Below the pieces are notes generated by a model that was not told the origin of the DNA, did not search any database, and saw only the letters and a program-made list of their open reading frames with translations. A stretch of 64,000 bases of DNA from NCBI GenBank assembly GCA_963731685.1, contig CAVSWR010000036.1, positions 263,191 to 327,190 on the forward strand, in the 5' to 3' direction. The position numbers and the translations under genes were made by a program. Below, piece after piece: positions 33,053 through 42,836 of this stretch (the stretch's first letter is position 1; each line of letters opens with the position of its first letter). This stretch comes from an uncultured Planctomycetia bacterium. Its GTDB lineage: Bacteria > Planctomycetota > Planctomycetia > Pirellulales > S012-138.

Positions 33053-33562
33053 TCACTCCAATCCCTGGAGAATCTCCGCCCTCGTTAGCCATTCGCGCTG
33101 CACACCGTCCACTTGTTTCGCCAGCGATTTCAAGGTCTCCGACACCGTGCCGGTTTGTTGCGGGGCCCGTTCTACGGCCTCCGCCAGGGCTTCGACCTGC
33201 TCCATGATCGCCACGTCGCGCTCGTACACCCGGTCGAGTGTCTGCTCGTCAACCTGCGCCAAATCGAAGAAGCCGCTGTAGCCCTGCATGGCGCCGCGAA
33301 TACTAGCGATGAGTTTGTCGAGGCGGCCGCGCAAGCGGTCGCACTCCGGCAGGTCGTCGATGGCGGCCCGATCTGCCAGCGAGCGCGCCAGCTCATCGAG
33401 CCCTGCCTTGGAACGTTGCAAGCGGTCGGCCAGCCAGTGGCGTTGGAGTTGGTCGGCGTCGCGGCGATACTCTCGTTCGAGGTATCCGCCGAACCCCGGC
33501 AGTCGGCGGAGAATGGTCTCGAAGAATCCCCGATTCTGCAAGTGCTCGCTGGGATCGCGCAT
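33053..33562 (-). CDS. Hypothetical protein
   Basis: 169-aa helical-looking ORF immediately 3' of MITE copy 1. Confidence 0.45.
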   Translation of the reverse strand: MRDPSEHLQNRGFFETILRRLPGFGGYLEREYRRDADQLQRHWLADRLQRSKAGLDELARSLADRAAIDDLPECDRLRGRLDKLIASIRGAMQGYSGFFDLAQVDEQTLDRVYERDVAIMEQVEALAEAVERAPQQTGTVSETLKSLAKQVDGVQREWLTRAEILQGLE

Positions 33563-33855
33563 GGAACGGCCTCATTGCGAATGCGATGGGTGAACACGAT
33601 AGCGTAGTATAAGAAGCCTTGCTAACTGAGATGATAGCGAAGCGGGCATCGAACAAAAGAGCCTTTCTCCAGAAAGCGCGCTGGAGTTTGCCGGTTGGGG
33701 TGTCCGATATGATTCTTCGTTCGTGCCGGCCGATTCTTGGGCGAATTCGCCGAACGACTCGTCTGGCGGGTCACGGCGCCGTTTGCTATATTCCGCCGCC
33801 ACGGTTCGCCCGATTCCGGCGCGTTGGGCGCCGATCGCTTCTTTTCGCAGATTCC

Positions 33856-34566
33856 ATGCAAGCACATCGACCCCAACTTATCTTGGCGTTTTGCGGGTGT
33901 TTGCTCGGCGCCGGTGGATGCTCGACGACCTGGGCTCCGCGTTGGGCGTTCTGGGATACGGGCGAATGGCGCGATCCCAACATCGAAGCGCCCATCCAGC
34001 GCATCCAGCGCTATCAAAAGCTCGCGAAGGCAGCCGCTGATAAAACACCCGAAGAGCAACAGCAAGTTTCCGAACAACTTGCCCGAGAGATCGCCGCGGA
34101 ACTGGACCCCCTGGTGCGGGCCCAGATCGTACACACGCTGGCCGCCTATCCCACCAAAATATCCAACAACGTACTGCTGGCGGCGTTAAAAGACGTGAAC
34201 GAAGAGGGCAAGCCAACCCGCGAAGTGCGCATCGCCAGTTGCGACGCCTGGGGCGCGCGCGGCGGTCCCGAGGCGGCAAACGCTTTGCGTGCCGTGCTGC
34301 GGGACCAGGAAAACGACATCGACGTCCGCCTGGCCGCCGTGCGCGCGTTGGGCCAGGTGCGCGATCCGTCGGCGGTGCCGGCGCTCGCCGTGGCGTTGGA
34401 AGACACCGACCCCGCCATGCGCTATCGCACCATGGAATCACTCCAAAAAGTTACGGGACGAAATTACGGCTTCGACGTCACGTTGTGGCGCCAGTTTACC
34501 GAAGGCAAGGAAGTTCCAGAAAAGGAGGAGTCGCTTGTCGAGGAAATAAGGCGGATTCTGTTCTAG
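33856..34566 (+). CDS. HEAT-repeat (PBS-lyase-like) lipoprotein
   Basis: Lipobox LLGAGGCS after the ATG at 33856. Repeated …VR.AA..ALG.. HEAT-like units (VRIASCDAWGARGGPEAANALRAVL, VRLAAVRALGQVRDPSAVPALAVAL). Confidence 0.65.
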   Translation: MQAHRPQLILAFCGCLLGAGGCSTTWAPRWAFWDTGEWRDPNIEAPIQRIQRYQKLAKAAADKTPEEQQQVSEQLAREIAAELDPLVRAQIVHTLAAYPTKISNNVLLAALKDVNEEGKPTREVRIASCDAWGARGGPEAANALRAVLRDQENDIDVRLAAVRALGQVRDPSAVPALAVALEDTDPAMRYRTMESLQKVTGRNYGFDVTLWRQFTEGKEVPEKEESLVEEIRRILF

Positions 34567-34692
34567 TGCTCCGTCAACGCTAAGAATTCCGGTAGCAGAA
34601 GTCGTGAGACTTCTGGAAGTTCAATCGCAGTAACGAATTCCCGGACTCTCACGAGTTCGGCTACCTAAAATCAAGGTGTAACAAAGCACTAG
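34563..34692 (+). repeat. MITE-like element, copy 2
   Basis: >90% identical to copy 1; terminal inverted repeats CTAGTGCT…AGCACTAG. Confidence 0.8.
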
Positions 34693-35097
34693 TATCGCCG
34701 AAAGTGTCGCTGTCCAACGAGCGCTTGGTCGCAGCTAGGATTTCGGAGGGCCGAAGTCCAGCGCCGGCCAATTCGAGCAATGACCGGTGCTAGGACCGTT
34801 TGTTCGTATTTGGAAAACACTAAGACCTGGGGTAGCGTTATCGGTTCAGACAAGGCAGACGCGTGGATCGATTGCTGGGGGCTGTGCGGAAAGTGCAGGG
34901 CCGTTTGGGGGAATGGGCGCGAATCAACGCCGCCTGCTAGCAAATTGACGTGGACGCTTGTGGTTTGGGATACCGATATCACACCTGTCTCGCGAGGCGT
35001 CGTGTCCGATGCCGCGCGGCGAGCGACTTGGACGCACCGGTCCAGTTCACACCGCACATGACCGTCCCCACCTGCAAGCAAGGAAGTTTGACCCAAA

Positions 35098-36534
35098 ATG
35101 CCCGCTCGTTCCTTCATTTCCGCCCTCGCCATTTGCTTCCAAACGACCTTCCTGCTCACTGCGGCGAGCGCGGACGAGAGTCTCAGGCTGAAGTTTCCCA
35201 CCGAAACCGCCAAGACGGACAAGCCAAGCCTCAAGGTTTCCACCAAGGTTTCCGGCGCCGCGCAACGCGGCATCGAGGCGCCCGCCGAAGCGGCCGTTGG
35301 CGATGAGCTTCGCGTCAAGGTCACTAAACCTGCCGGCGCGGACAATCCGGACGCCAAGCCGTCTGGCGATTCGGCTCCCGCCGAAGTGGCAGTATCGGCG
35401 GCTGAGCAAGGCGACGCCGACGAGGACGGCGTGGAATCGGCGTCGGTGACCGTAAAATCGGGCGAGGAAGCCGGACGCGAGGTTCCGCGCCAACTGCGTT
35501 CGTTGCGCACGCGCATCGCCCACGTGCTCGAGATGTACGCCCCCGAGCATCTGAACGATTACGAGCATTCTCCGTGGGAAGTGATGCACGCCATCATCTC
35601 CTACGGCGTCAAAACGAAGGTCCTCATCGGCGGCCCCCGCGGCGAGACCGAGAGCGCCATCGGCTGGATTTGTTATAACCACCCGTTCAAAGGCCAACGG
35701 TTGCTGCGGCTTGAAAACGGGCGGCTCGACGGTATCAAAGGCGTTGGCCTGCAGGGCCATCATGGCCAACTGCTCGCAATGTTGGCGCAAAGCCACTTGG
35801 TGCGATCCTATCCGATTCGCGTCGAGGGCAGGTCGTTCACCGTCGATGACTTGATCGAAAGCGAAAAGCTCACCTGCCGGGCCGGCGAAGAACTCACGTT
35901 TAAACTCATCGCGCTGGCGCATTACGAACCGACCGACGTGACCTGGCGCAGCGAGGATGGCCAGGATTGGTCGATTCCGCGGCTCCTGCGCGAAGAACTC
36001 AAACAGCCCATCCAAGGCGCCGCGTGCGGTGGCACGCACCGTCTGATGGGCCTGAGCTACGCCATCCGCAAACGTGAAAGTGAACAGGCGCCGATGTCCG
36101 GAGAGTATCGGGTCGCCAAGAACTATATCGACGCCTATCACGAATTCGCCCTGCGGTTGCGAAACCCCGACGGCTCGTTCAGCACCCAATGGTTGGAGTA
36201 TCGCCAGGCGCTGCCGGACCTCGAACGCCGCCTGCAAACCAGCGGCCACATTCTGGAATGGCTGGTGTTCTCCTTGCCGGCCGACGATCTCTTCGATCCG
36301 GACTTTACCCGGTCGGTCGATTACGTCACAACATTGCTCGAGCGCGGCCCTCAGCAGGATTGGAAGATTGGCCATTTGGGCCACGCCCTGCACGCGCTGG
36401 CGCTGTACGAGCGGCGGATTTCCAAAGCCCTCGCCGGGTCAGGCGGGCCGTCGGTTGCCGCAAGCAAAGCGCAAGAGGCCGGTGACGACGAAAACGCCGG
36501 CCAGAAACAGCTTGTGAAACGCCGCTTTCAATAA
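35098..36534 (+). CDS. Hypothetical secreted protein (bracketed by inverted MITE copies 2 and 3)
   Basis: Signal peptide MPARSFISALAICFQTTFLLTAASA. Protein-like composition. The antisense ORF 35047..36393 is Arg/Gly-rich and rejected. Confidence 0.6.
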   Translation: MPARSFISALAICFQTTFLLTAASADESLRLKFPTETAKTDKPSLKVSTKVSGAAQRGIEAPAEAAVGDELRVKVTKPAGADNPDAKPSGDSAPAEVAVSAAEQGDADEDGVESASVTVKSGEEAGREVPRQLRSLRTRIAHVLEMYAPEHLNDYEHSPWEVMHAIISYGVKTKVLIGGPRGETESAIGWICYNHPFKGQRLLRLENGRLDGIKGVGLQGHHGQLLAMLAQSHLVRSYPIRVEGRSFTVDDLIESEKLTCRAGEELTFKLIALAHYEPTDVTWRSEDGQDWSIPRLLREELKQPIQGAACGGTHRLMGLSYAIRKRESEQAPMSGEYRVAKNYIDAYHEFALRLRNPDGSFSTQWLEYRQALPDLERRLQTSGHILEWLVFSLPADDLFDPDFTRSVDYVTTLLERGPQQDWKIGHLGHALHALALYERRISKALAGSGGPSVAASKAQEAGDDENAGQKQLVKRRFQ

Positions 36535-36641
36535 GCGCGGCGCAAGTTGCACAGCGCCGCTTTGCAGGGTTGGACGGAACAGATCAGCCGTTTTGGCGCC
36601 GCCTCGTGGTTGCATCGCAACCGAAAGCGGCGCTGTCCGAC

Positions 36642-36770
36642 CAGTGCTTTGTCACACCTTGATTTTAGGGTAGCCGAACTCGTGCGAGTTTGGGAATTCG
36701 TTAATGCGATTGAACTTCCAGAAGTCTCACGACTTCTGCTACCGGAATTCTTAGCGTTGACAGAGCACTG
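36642..36770 (-). repeat. MITE-like element, copy 3 (inverted orientation)
   Basis: Reverse complement of copies 1 and 2. Confidence 0.8.
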
Positions 36771-36790
36771 GAGTCTTTAAGCGTCGGACT

Positions 36791-38392
36791 TTATTGCCGG
36801 CGCTCTGCAAAGACTTGGCGTCCCTCGATAACCTCGCGGCGGCGGCGGAGCAGCACGGGATTTCCCGGATGGGCCAAGAGGCCGCGTTCGTACAGCGCAA
36901 CGGCCTGTGCGGTGTCGCCGCGCTGCGAGCAGGCTTGGGCGGCTAGCACGATCATGTCAATATCGGCGTTGGCTAGCTTCCCTCCCTCGGGCAGGCGCCG
37001 CCGGGCGTCGGCCAGCAGTTGCAAACTCTCTTCCACGCGTCCACCGGCGGCCAGGCTCGCGGCCCAACGGCGGTAAATGTCGCCACTGGATACGACGAAC
37101 TTCGGGCTTTCCGGCGCCTCGGCGACCGCCTGTTGCAGCGTCTGCAAGGCTTCCGCGAAACGGCCCTCGCGGCACATGGCGTCAACCCACTGTTGGCTCA
37201 AAGCCACGTGATTGATGGCAAACGTCGCGTGCCCCGGCGCCAGGCGCCGTCCTTGCTGGATCAGAGCCAACGCGTCGGCGAAACGGCGCCGCTGTGCTAA
37301 ATCGAGCGCCCAGTTGTTGATCGCCGCGTGCAAATTACCGCGCGCCGTCACGTTTCGCGGGTCCAGCCGCAACGCCTTGAGATTCGCCCCCACGGCCCCG
37401 GCAAACTCCTCTTGCTCGACATGATCGACGCCGCGGTTGTAGTACACCAACGCCAGCAGGCCGTTGGCGTCGAGGGTCCGCGCCGCCGGTTGTTCGCCGG
37501 AGGCGCCGCGAGGTTCCGCTTTGGCGGTGGGAGGTGAGAACTCGGCGCGCCGCCGCGGGTCGTCGAGCAATTCGAACCAGCGAGGGCAAGTCGTTTCAAC
37601 CTCCCACTGGGCGCCGCCCCAGTTCACGACACTCAACACGTGGCCTGGTTTCACAACGGCCGACGCCGGGAGTTCGACCGCCGCCGCCAGGCAATTGTAG
37701 AGCACCGTCGCGCTAATGCAGTTGTAACGGCCGCTGTCGAGACATTCCGCCAGGCTCGTGCAGTCGATGTCGTAGTCGCCGCGCAGAATCTCGTGGTGCA
37801 AGAACTCAAAGGCCAACTCGGCGCGGCGGCGCTCGCCGAGCGGCTGGCCGTCGGATTCCGCGTCGGCCACAACCCGCTTAAGCTGGCTGGCCAGGCGGAC
37901 AAAACGTTGTTCGTACGATTTCACAGCGGACTCGTCCAAGCCGCTGGCGACAAACGCCCCCCAGAGCAGGTTCCCGTTGTCCAGCCGGTGTTCCGCGGCC
38001 AAGTCGAACAGCGCGGATTCCAGCGGGCTGAACGCGATGGACGATTCCAGCGGCGCGGTAAATCTCGCGCACTCGGCCGAAACAGCGGACGCAGGCGCAG
38101 AAGCTCTGCGCGACTCGGCCAATGCGCCTGAACAGATTTCCGCGGCGCAAAGCAAGGCAAGCAGACGGAGCGTCAATACAGGTCGCACGGAGTGATCTCT
38201 TGGCAGGAGTGGCGACGATAATTCCGTTCGGGAAAGCCTCGGCGGTGAGGTAAACTCTCCGACCAAGAAATCTACGTTGCAAAAACGCGACGCGCCGGCG
38301 AGTCGCTGCAAAAAGTCAACAACCACTCGGCGGCGCGAGTCCGTTTGCAACGGCTGGTTCACATGCGCGGCGCCACGCCCCCGGGCGGCCAA
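36791..38392 (-). CDS. Transglutaminase-like domain + TPR-repeat protein, secreted
   Basis: Region …GRYNCISATVLYNCLAAAV… resembles the transglutaminase-like Cys core. The C-terminal half has TPR-like helical repeats. Confidence 0.55.
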   Translation of the reverse strand: MAARGRGAAHVNQPLQTDSRRRVVVDFLQRLAGASRFCNVDFLVGEFTSPPRLSRTELSSPLLPRDHSVRPVLTLRLLALLCAAEICSGALAESRRASAPASAVSAECARFTAPLESSIAFSPLESALFDLAAEHRLDNGNLLWGAFVASGLDESAVKSYEQRFVRLASQLKRVVADAESDGQPLGERRRAELAFEFLHHEILRGDYDIDCTSLAECLDSGRYNCISATVLYNCLAAAVELPASAVVKPGHVLSVVNWGGAQWEVETTCPRWFELLDDPRRRAEFSPPTAKAEPRGASGEQPAARTLDANGLLALVYYNRGVDHVEQEEFAGAVGANLKALRLDPRNVTARGNLHAAINNWALDLAQRRRFADALALIQQGRRLAPGHATFAINHVALSQQWVDAMCREGRFAEALQTLQQAVAEAPESPKFVVSSGDIYRRWAASLAAGGRVEESLQLLADARRRLPEGGKLANADIDMIVLAAQACSQRGDTAQAVALYERGLLAHPGNPVLLRRRREVIEGRQVFAERRQ

Positions 38393-38737
38393 GGTTGCGC
38401 CGCGGCGTGCGGCGCACGATAGACAAAGAGCCTAGGCCGCCCCTCAAGGCATCGCCCCCTTTGCCCGGGCGAGACAAAAAGCGGCCAGCGCCCGATTGCG
38501 GCACAAAAAAAACGCCGCGGCTAGGAAGCCGGCCCGTTTTGCGATAACTTGAAGTGAGAAGTGCAGTTCGCTTGGGGTAGATTGCTTTTCTTGATTTTTG
38601 TCGAGTTGCCGCGACCTCCGCCACAGGCTTGAGGGGCAACATCGGCCAGCGAGTCGGTTCGTCGAGACGAACATTACGATTGGGTTGCGCCCCTTGGCGG
38701 GGACGCGACGCCGATTTCAGCGTATAAGGAATCAAAT

Positions 38738-39943
38738 ATGACGCGAGGGCGGTCATCCGCATCGACTCGTGACGTCTCCTTTGAAGCCGCGGCGGTTGGC
38801 GCCGGCGCCGTGGGGCGCGTCGAAGTACGGCCCGTGGCGACGCGGCGCGACCTCAACGAGTTTCTACAGCTTCCGCACACGATCTATCGCGACGACCCGG
38901 TCTGGGTTCCCCAACTGCGAATCGAAACCAAAGCGTTTCTTAACCGCCGGCGGCACCCGTTTTATCTGCACGGCGACGCCCAGCCGTTTTTGGCGCGTCG
39001 CGGCGACGAGGTCGTGGGCCGGATTCTGGTCAGCGACGATCCGCGCTACAACCAACAGCACGACGCCAACGTCGGCTGCTTCGGCATGTTCGAGTCGATT
39101 GACGACGCGCAGGTCGCCGAGGCCCTGCTGCAAACGGGGGAGGATTGGTTGCGGCAGCGCGGCCGCGACGAGATGATGGGGCCCATCGACTACTCCACGA
39201 ACTATTTAGCCGGCTTGCTGGTCGAGGGATTTGACACACCGCCGAGGGTGATGATGAATCACCATCGGCCGTATTACCAAGACCTGTTGGAAGCCTGCGG
39301 CCTCAGCAAGGTCAAGGACCTGTACGCCTGGTGGTTTGACGAGAACAACGCGATCGACGGAAATTGGCGGGAGCAGGTCGAGCGGCTCAAACGCCGCATG
39401 AAGGTTACGATCCGGCCCATTTCGCTCGCCGATTTTGACGCCGAAGTCGAGCGAATCAAACACGTGTACCATGAAGCCTGGGTCGACAGTTGGGCGTTCG
39501 TCCGCATGACCGACGCGGAGTTCAGACACATGGCGGACCAGATTCGCCAGATCGCTCCGCCCGAGTTGACCTTGCTGGCGGAGGTTGACGGTGAGCCGGT
39601 TGGCGTCTCGGTCACGCTGCCTGACGTCAACGAAGCCATCAAGCCGCTGGGCGGCCGCCTGACAACGTGCGGTGTGCCGATTGGTTTGGCGCGGTTACTG
39701 CTGAACATGCGCAGAATCCGCCACGCGCGGATGGTCTTGCTCGGCGTGCTCAAGGGCCACCGCCGCCGCGGCATCGCCGAAATGCTGATCCTGCAAACCT
39801 TCGATTACGGTAAAGGCGTGTTGGGCTACACCGGCGCCGAATTGAGTTGGACGATCGAGGACAACCACGTCATCACACACGGCATCCAGCACGTCGGCGG
39901 ACGCCATTACAAAACCTACCGCATTTACCGTAAGGCCATTTAG
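38738..39943 (+). CDS. GNAT-family N-acetyltransferase-like protein
   Basis: C-terminal acetyl-CoA-binding-like region …VLKGHRRRGIAEMLILQTFDYG… (R/Q-x-x-G-x-A pattern). Confidence 0.55.
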   Translation: MTRGRSSASTRDVSFEAAAVGAGAVGRVEVRPVATRRDLNEFLQLPHTIYRDDPVWVPQLRIETKAFLNRRRHPFYLHGDAQPFLARRGDEVVGRILVSDDPRYNQQHDANVGCFGMFESIDDAQVAEALLQTGEDWLRQRGRDEMMGPIDYSTNYLAGLLVEGFDTPPRVMMNHHRPYYQDLLEACGLSKVKDLYAWWFDENNAIDGNWREQVERLKRRMKVTIRPISLADFDAEVERIKHVYHEAWVDSWAFVRMTDAEFRHMADQIRQIAPPELTLLAEVDGEPVGVSVTLPDVNEAIKPLGGRLTTCGVPIGLARLLLNMRRIRHARMVLLGVLKGHRRRGIAEMLILQTFDYGKGVLGYTGAELSWTIEDNHVITHGIQHVGGRHYKTYRIYRKAI

Positions 39944-39959
39944 GCGCGGCCGCCGGCCC

Positions 39960-41390
39960 GGATGCGCGCTCTGCTTTGTAGTCTGCTGAAAGCGTCACAA
40001 CTTGCACAACTTCCCCGTCATGCTTGTATCGCAGCCGTAAGGCGGCGCGGTCCAACGAGTGCGCAGCTCGAAGCAATGTAACGCGCTGACCGCCTGGCTT
40101 CCGCACGCGAGTAAGAATCCGCCGCAAAAAAACATTTGCATTCCTCGCGGCAAACGGCTAGCCCATGTTTGACAAGTGTCGTCGTAAGTCCTTGCGCCGT
40201 AAGGGCTGGATTTTGGATTGGTCACTACATTCTGGTTTCGGCGCCCGGCGGCGGGGATGGCGGGCGATGGTCGGAGAGCTTCAACGCCTTGAGTACCTGG
40301 CGGCGGACTGCCGGGAGTTGTGCCGCAGCGTAGCTGACCCTCGATGCGGAACTGCACGTGGCTGATCGTCCGCAGCGATTCCCAAGCCGCTTGGGACGAG
40401 AGAGGCACGCCCGCCTCGCGCAACGCACGATCCAACATGCGGTCGATCAAGAACGACAACGCGGCCACGAAAATGTGCGCCTTCACCCGCCGGTCGGCGC
40501 GATGCCAGATCGGCCGCACGCCCAGCGGGTTCTTCAACGAGCGAAAGGTGCGCTCCACTTCATCTAAGTCTTTGTAATGAGCTACGGCGTCCTCCGGCGT
40601 GATGTCGGACTGATCCGTTTGGATCAGGTACTTGCCCTCGTACTTCTTCTCGCGCCAGGTTCACCGGGTGTTCAGAAATCTCAAACTTCCCGTCGTTGAG
40701 TTCCCAAGCATAGTAGCGATACCAGCGTTGCAGTTGAGCCTGGTCCACTTGCACGCGACCGCGCTGTTTCCAGCAAGGCACATAGCGGCGGCCGTCGCGA
40801 TCGCAGAGGTAATCAGTCTCCAGCCAACTGGCCAACGCATGCTCGCTGCCGGGCCGCGTCAAGTGGTTGACGATCAGTACCAGCACCCGGCTGACCCAAT
40901 CGTCGTCGGGGTCTTCACTCGGCTGCAACTTGTCCCACCGCCGGCCAGCGTCCAGCAGTATCCAGAGTCCCAGTTACTGGAAGAAATGCCGCGCCACGAG
41001 CATTGGTCCCCAGGTGCTGGCGTCGAGCGGTTCGACTGGACATTCTTCGCCGAGTTGGCGCGCCAGTTGTTGCTAATCGTCCTCGCCTCGCAGAAAGCGA
41101 TTGAGCATCGGCAAGACGGCTTCCAGTACCTCGCGTCGCCCGAGGTTGGCGATGACCTTCTGCTTGACTTTCTCACCCTCGCGTACGGAGGTGACGATGC
41201 GAACGTATTCGTGGACGGTCCCGTTGGACGAGCGGACTTTGACGGATCGGATGAACATAGAGAGCTATGATGGCGCGCTTCATATATTGTCAACACTTAA
41301 AATGGATCAATATGTTTCAATATAGGTACAATAGCGAATGTCATGTTAATATATTGTCACTACGCTTTTTCGGAAACAGCCCTTCCGCGC
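39960..41390 (-). mobile_element. IS1634-family insertion sequence remnant with AT-rich end (41260-41380)
   Basis: Transposase fragments plus an AT-rich terminal region with the duplicated ATATATTGTCA(A/C)(C/T)AC motif. Confidence 0.45.
39995..41258 (-). pseudogene. IS1634-family transposase, degenerate (three or more ORF fragments in different frames)
   Basis: Fragment 41073..41258 has the IS1634-type N-terminus (MFIRSVKVRSSNGTVHEYVRIVTSVREGEKVKQKVIANLGR). Fragment 39995..40558 has the C-terminal …LKNPLGVRPIWHRADRRVKAHIFVAALSFL… motif. Confidence 0.65.
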
Positions 41391-42072
41391 GTTGTGGCGC
41401 AACGACTTACATCGCGAATTCGGCGGGCGTCTGTCAAACATGGGCTAGCCACCCCTCAATGGTACGAAAATCTTCTTTGGGGGGTGCGTGGGCTGCTATC
41501 GGTCCAATCGGGGCGCCGCGCGAGGGTTCCAGCCGGTTTATGTATTGCCGAGAGCGCAGTGTGGCGCGTACGATCGCCGCCGCCTTCGTGGGACAGCGCC
41601 ACTTCCGGCCGCCATACAAGCACGACGCGCGAGCAAGTGAGTCGGTAACGTCAAGACCCACTCGCTCGCGCGTCGTGCTCGTATTCACGGTGGAACATGC
41701 AAAGGTGGCGCTGTCCATTTACAGGGCTGCGCGAAGGCGCCAACGCGGGCGGCCACGGTTGCAAAGCGGGTTGCGGTCAGAGGCAACACCCTGTCGTAAC
41801 CGCGGCACTGAACCTGACAGCGGCGCGGGCGTGAGTTGCGAATAGTCTGGCGACTTCTGCTACAGGGAAACGTGCAAGACCCGAATTCTGTCGGCGATCG
41901 TGCGATGTCTCCGCTGACGCCTGCGCACGAATGACCGGAGCGACACATCTCGAAGACACGACCGCGACAACGTATTGCTTGCGAGCCAAAGCCCGGCTGC
42001 CGTACAATCGAGTGGGCCTGTTCTGCCCGCGGGCCGCTGTTGCTCGAAACATTTGCCTAGGAGCCTCCCATC

Positions 42073-42749
42073 ATGCGAACGTCACTCGTCGCTGCACTCG
42101 CCGTATTCTTTGTTTCTTGCGCTGCCTCACTTTGCGCGGCGGACAAGCCGGTAGACGCCGTGCAGCTTTTTAACGGCAAAGACCTCTCGAATTGGACGTG
42201 GGTCTCGGACAAGGCCGGCTCGAAAATCGGCGATGTCTGGAGCGTCTTGGATGGCGTGTTGTATTGCACGGGAAACCCCCGCGGCTACATTCGCACCAAG
42301 CGAGACGACTACCACGATTACGTGCTCACGGTCGAATGGCGCTGGCCCAAAGGCGGCAAAGGCGGCAACAACGGCGTGTTGGCGCATACCACGACGCCCG
42401 GGCGCTGGGCGTCTGGCCCAAGTCGATCGAGGTGCAGTTGGCAAGCGGCAACGCGGGCGATTTTTGGGTGATCGGCACGGAACTCGACGTGCCGAACGAA
42501 GAAACCCGCAAGAAGGGCCGCCGCCATCTCAATCTTACGGACGATTCAGAAAAGCCGTTCGGGGAATGGAACCAGATGGAGATCACCTGCCGTGGCGACG
42601 AGATCATCGTGAAGGTCAACGGCGACTTGGTGAATCACGCCACGAATTGCAGCGAGTCCAAGGGTTCGATCAGCCTGCAGTCCGAAGGCGCGCCGATCAG
42701 CTTCCGCAAGGTCGAGTTGAAACCGCTGCCGAACGCCAAAGATCGTTGA
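42073..42749 (+). CDS. DUF1080 (3-keto-disaccharide hydrolase-like / LamG-fold) secreted protein; apparent frameshift ~42400
   Basis: Signal peptide, then …LFNGKDLSNWTW…DGVLYCTG…GYIRTKRDDYHDYVLTVEWRW… followed in the second frame by …GDFWVIGTELDV…GEWNQMEITCRGDEIIVKVNGDLVNHA…SFRKVELKPL. Confidence 0.65.
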
Positions 42750-42836
42750 ACTTTGACGGCCGCACGCCGCTATGACCGCGCCCTGCCGGCCAACGCCACC
42801 GCGGATGTCTTTACGCGATTTACGGAGTTTTTTTCC

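Noticed and set aside
35047-36393. 448-aa minus-strand ORF antisense to gene 35098..36534
   Set aside because: Arg/Gly/Ala-rich composition typical of antisense frames in high-GC DNA. The plus-strand ORF has a signal peptide and balanced composition.
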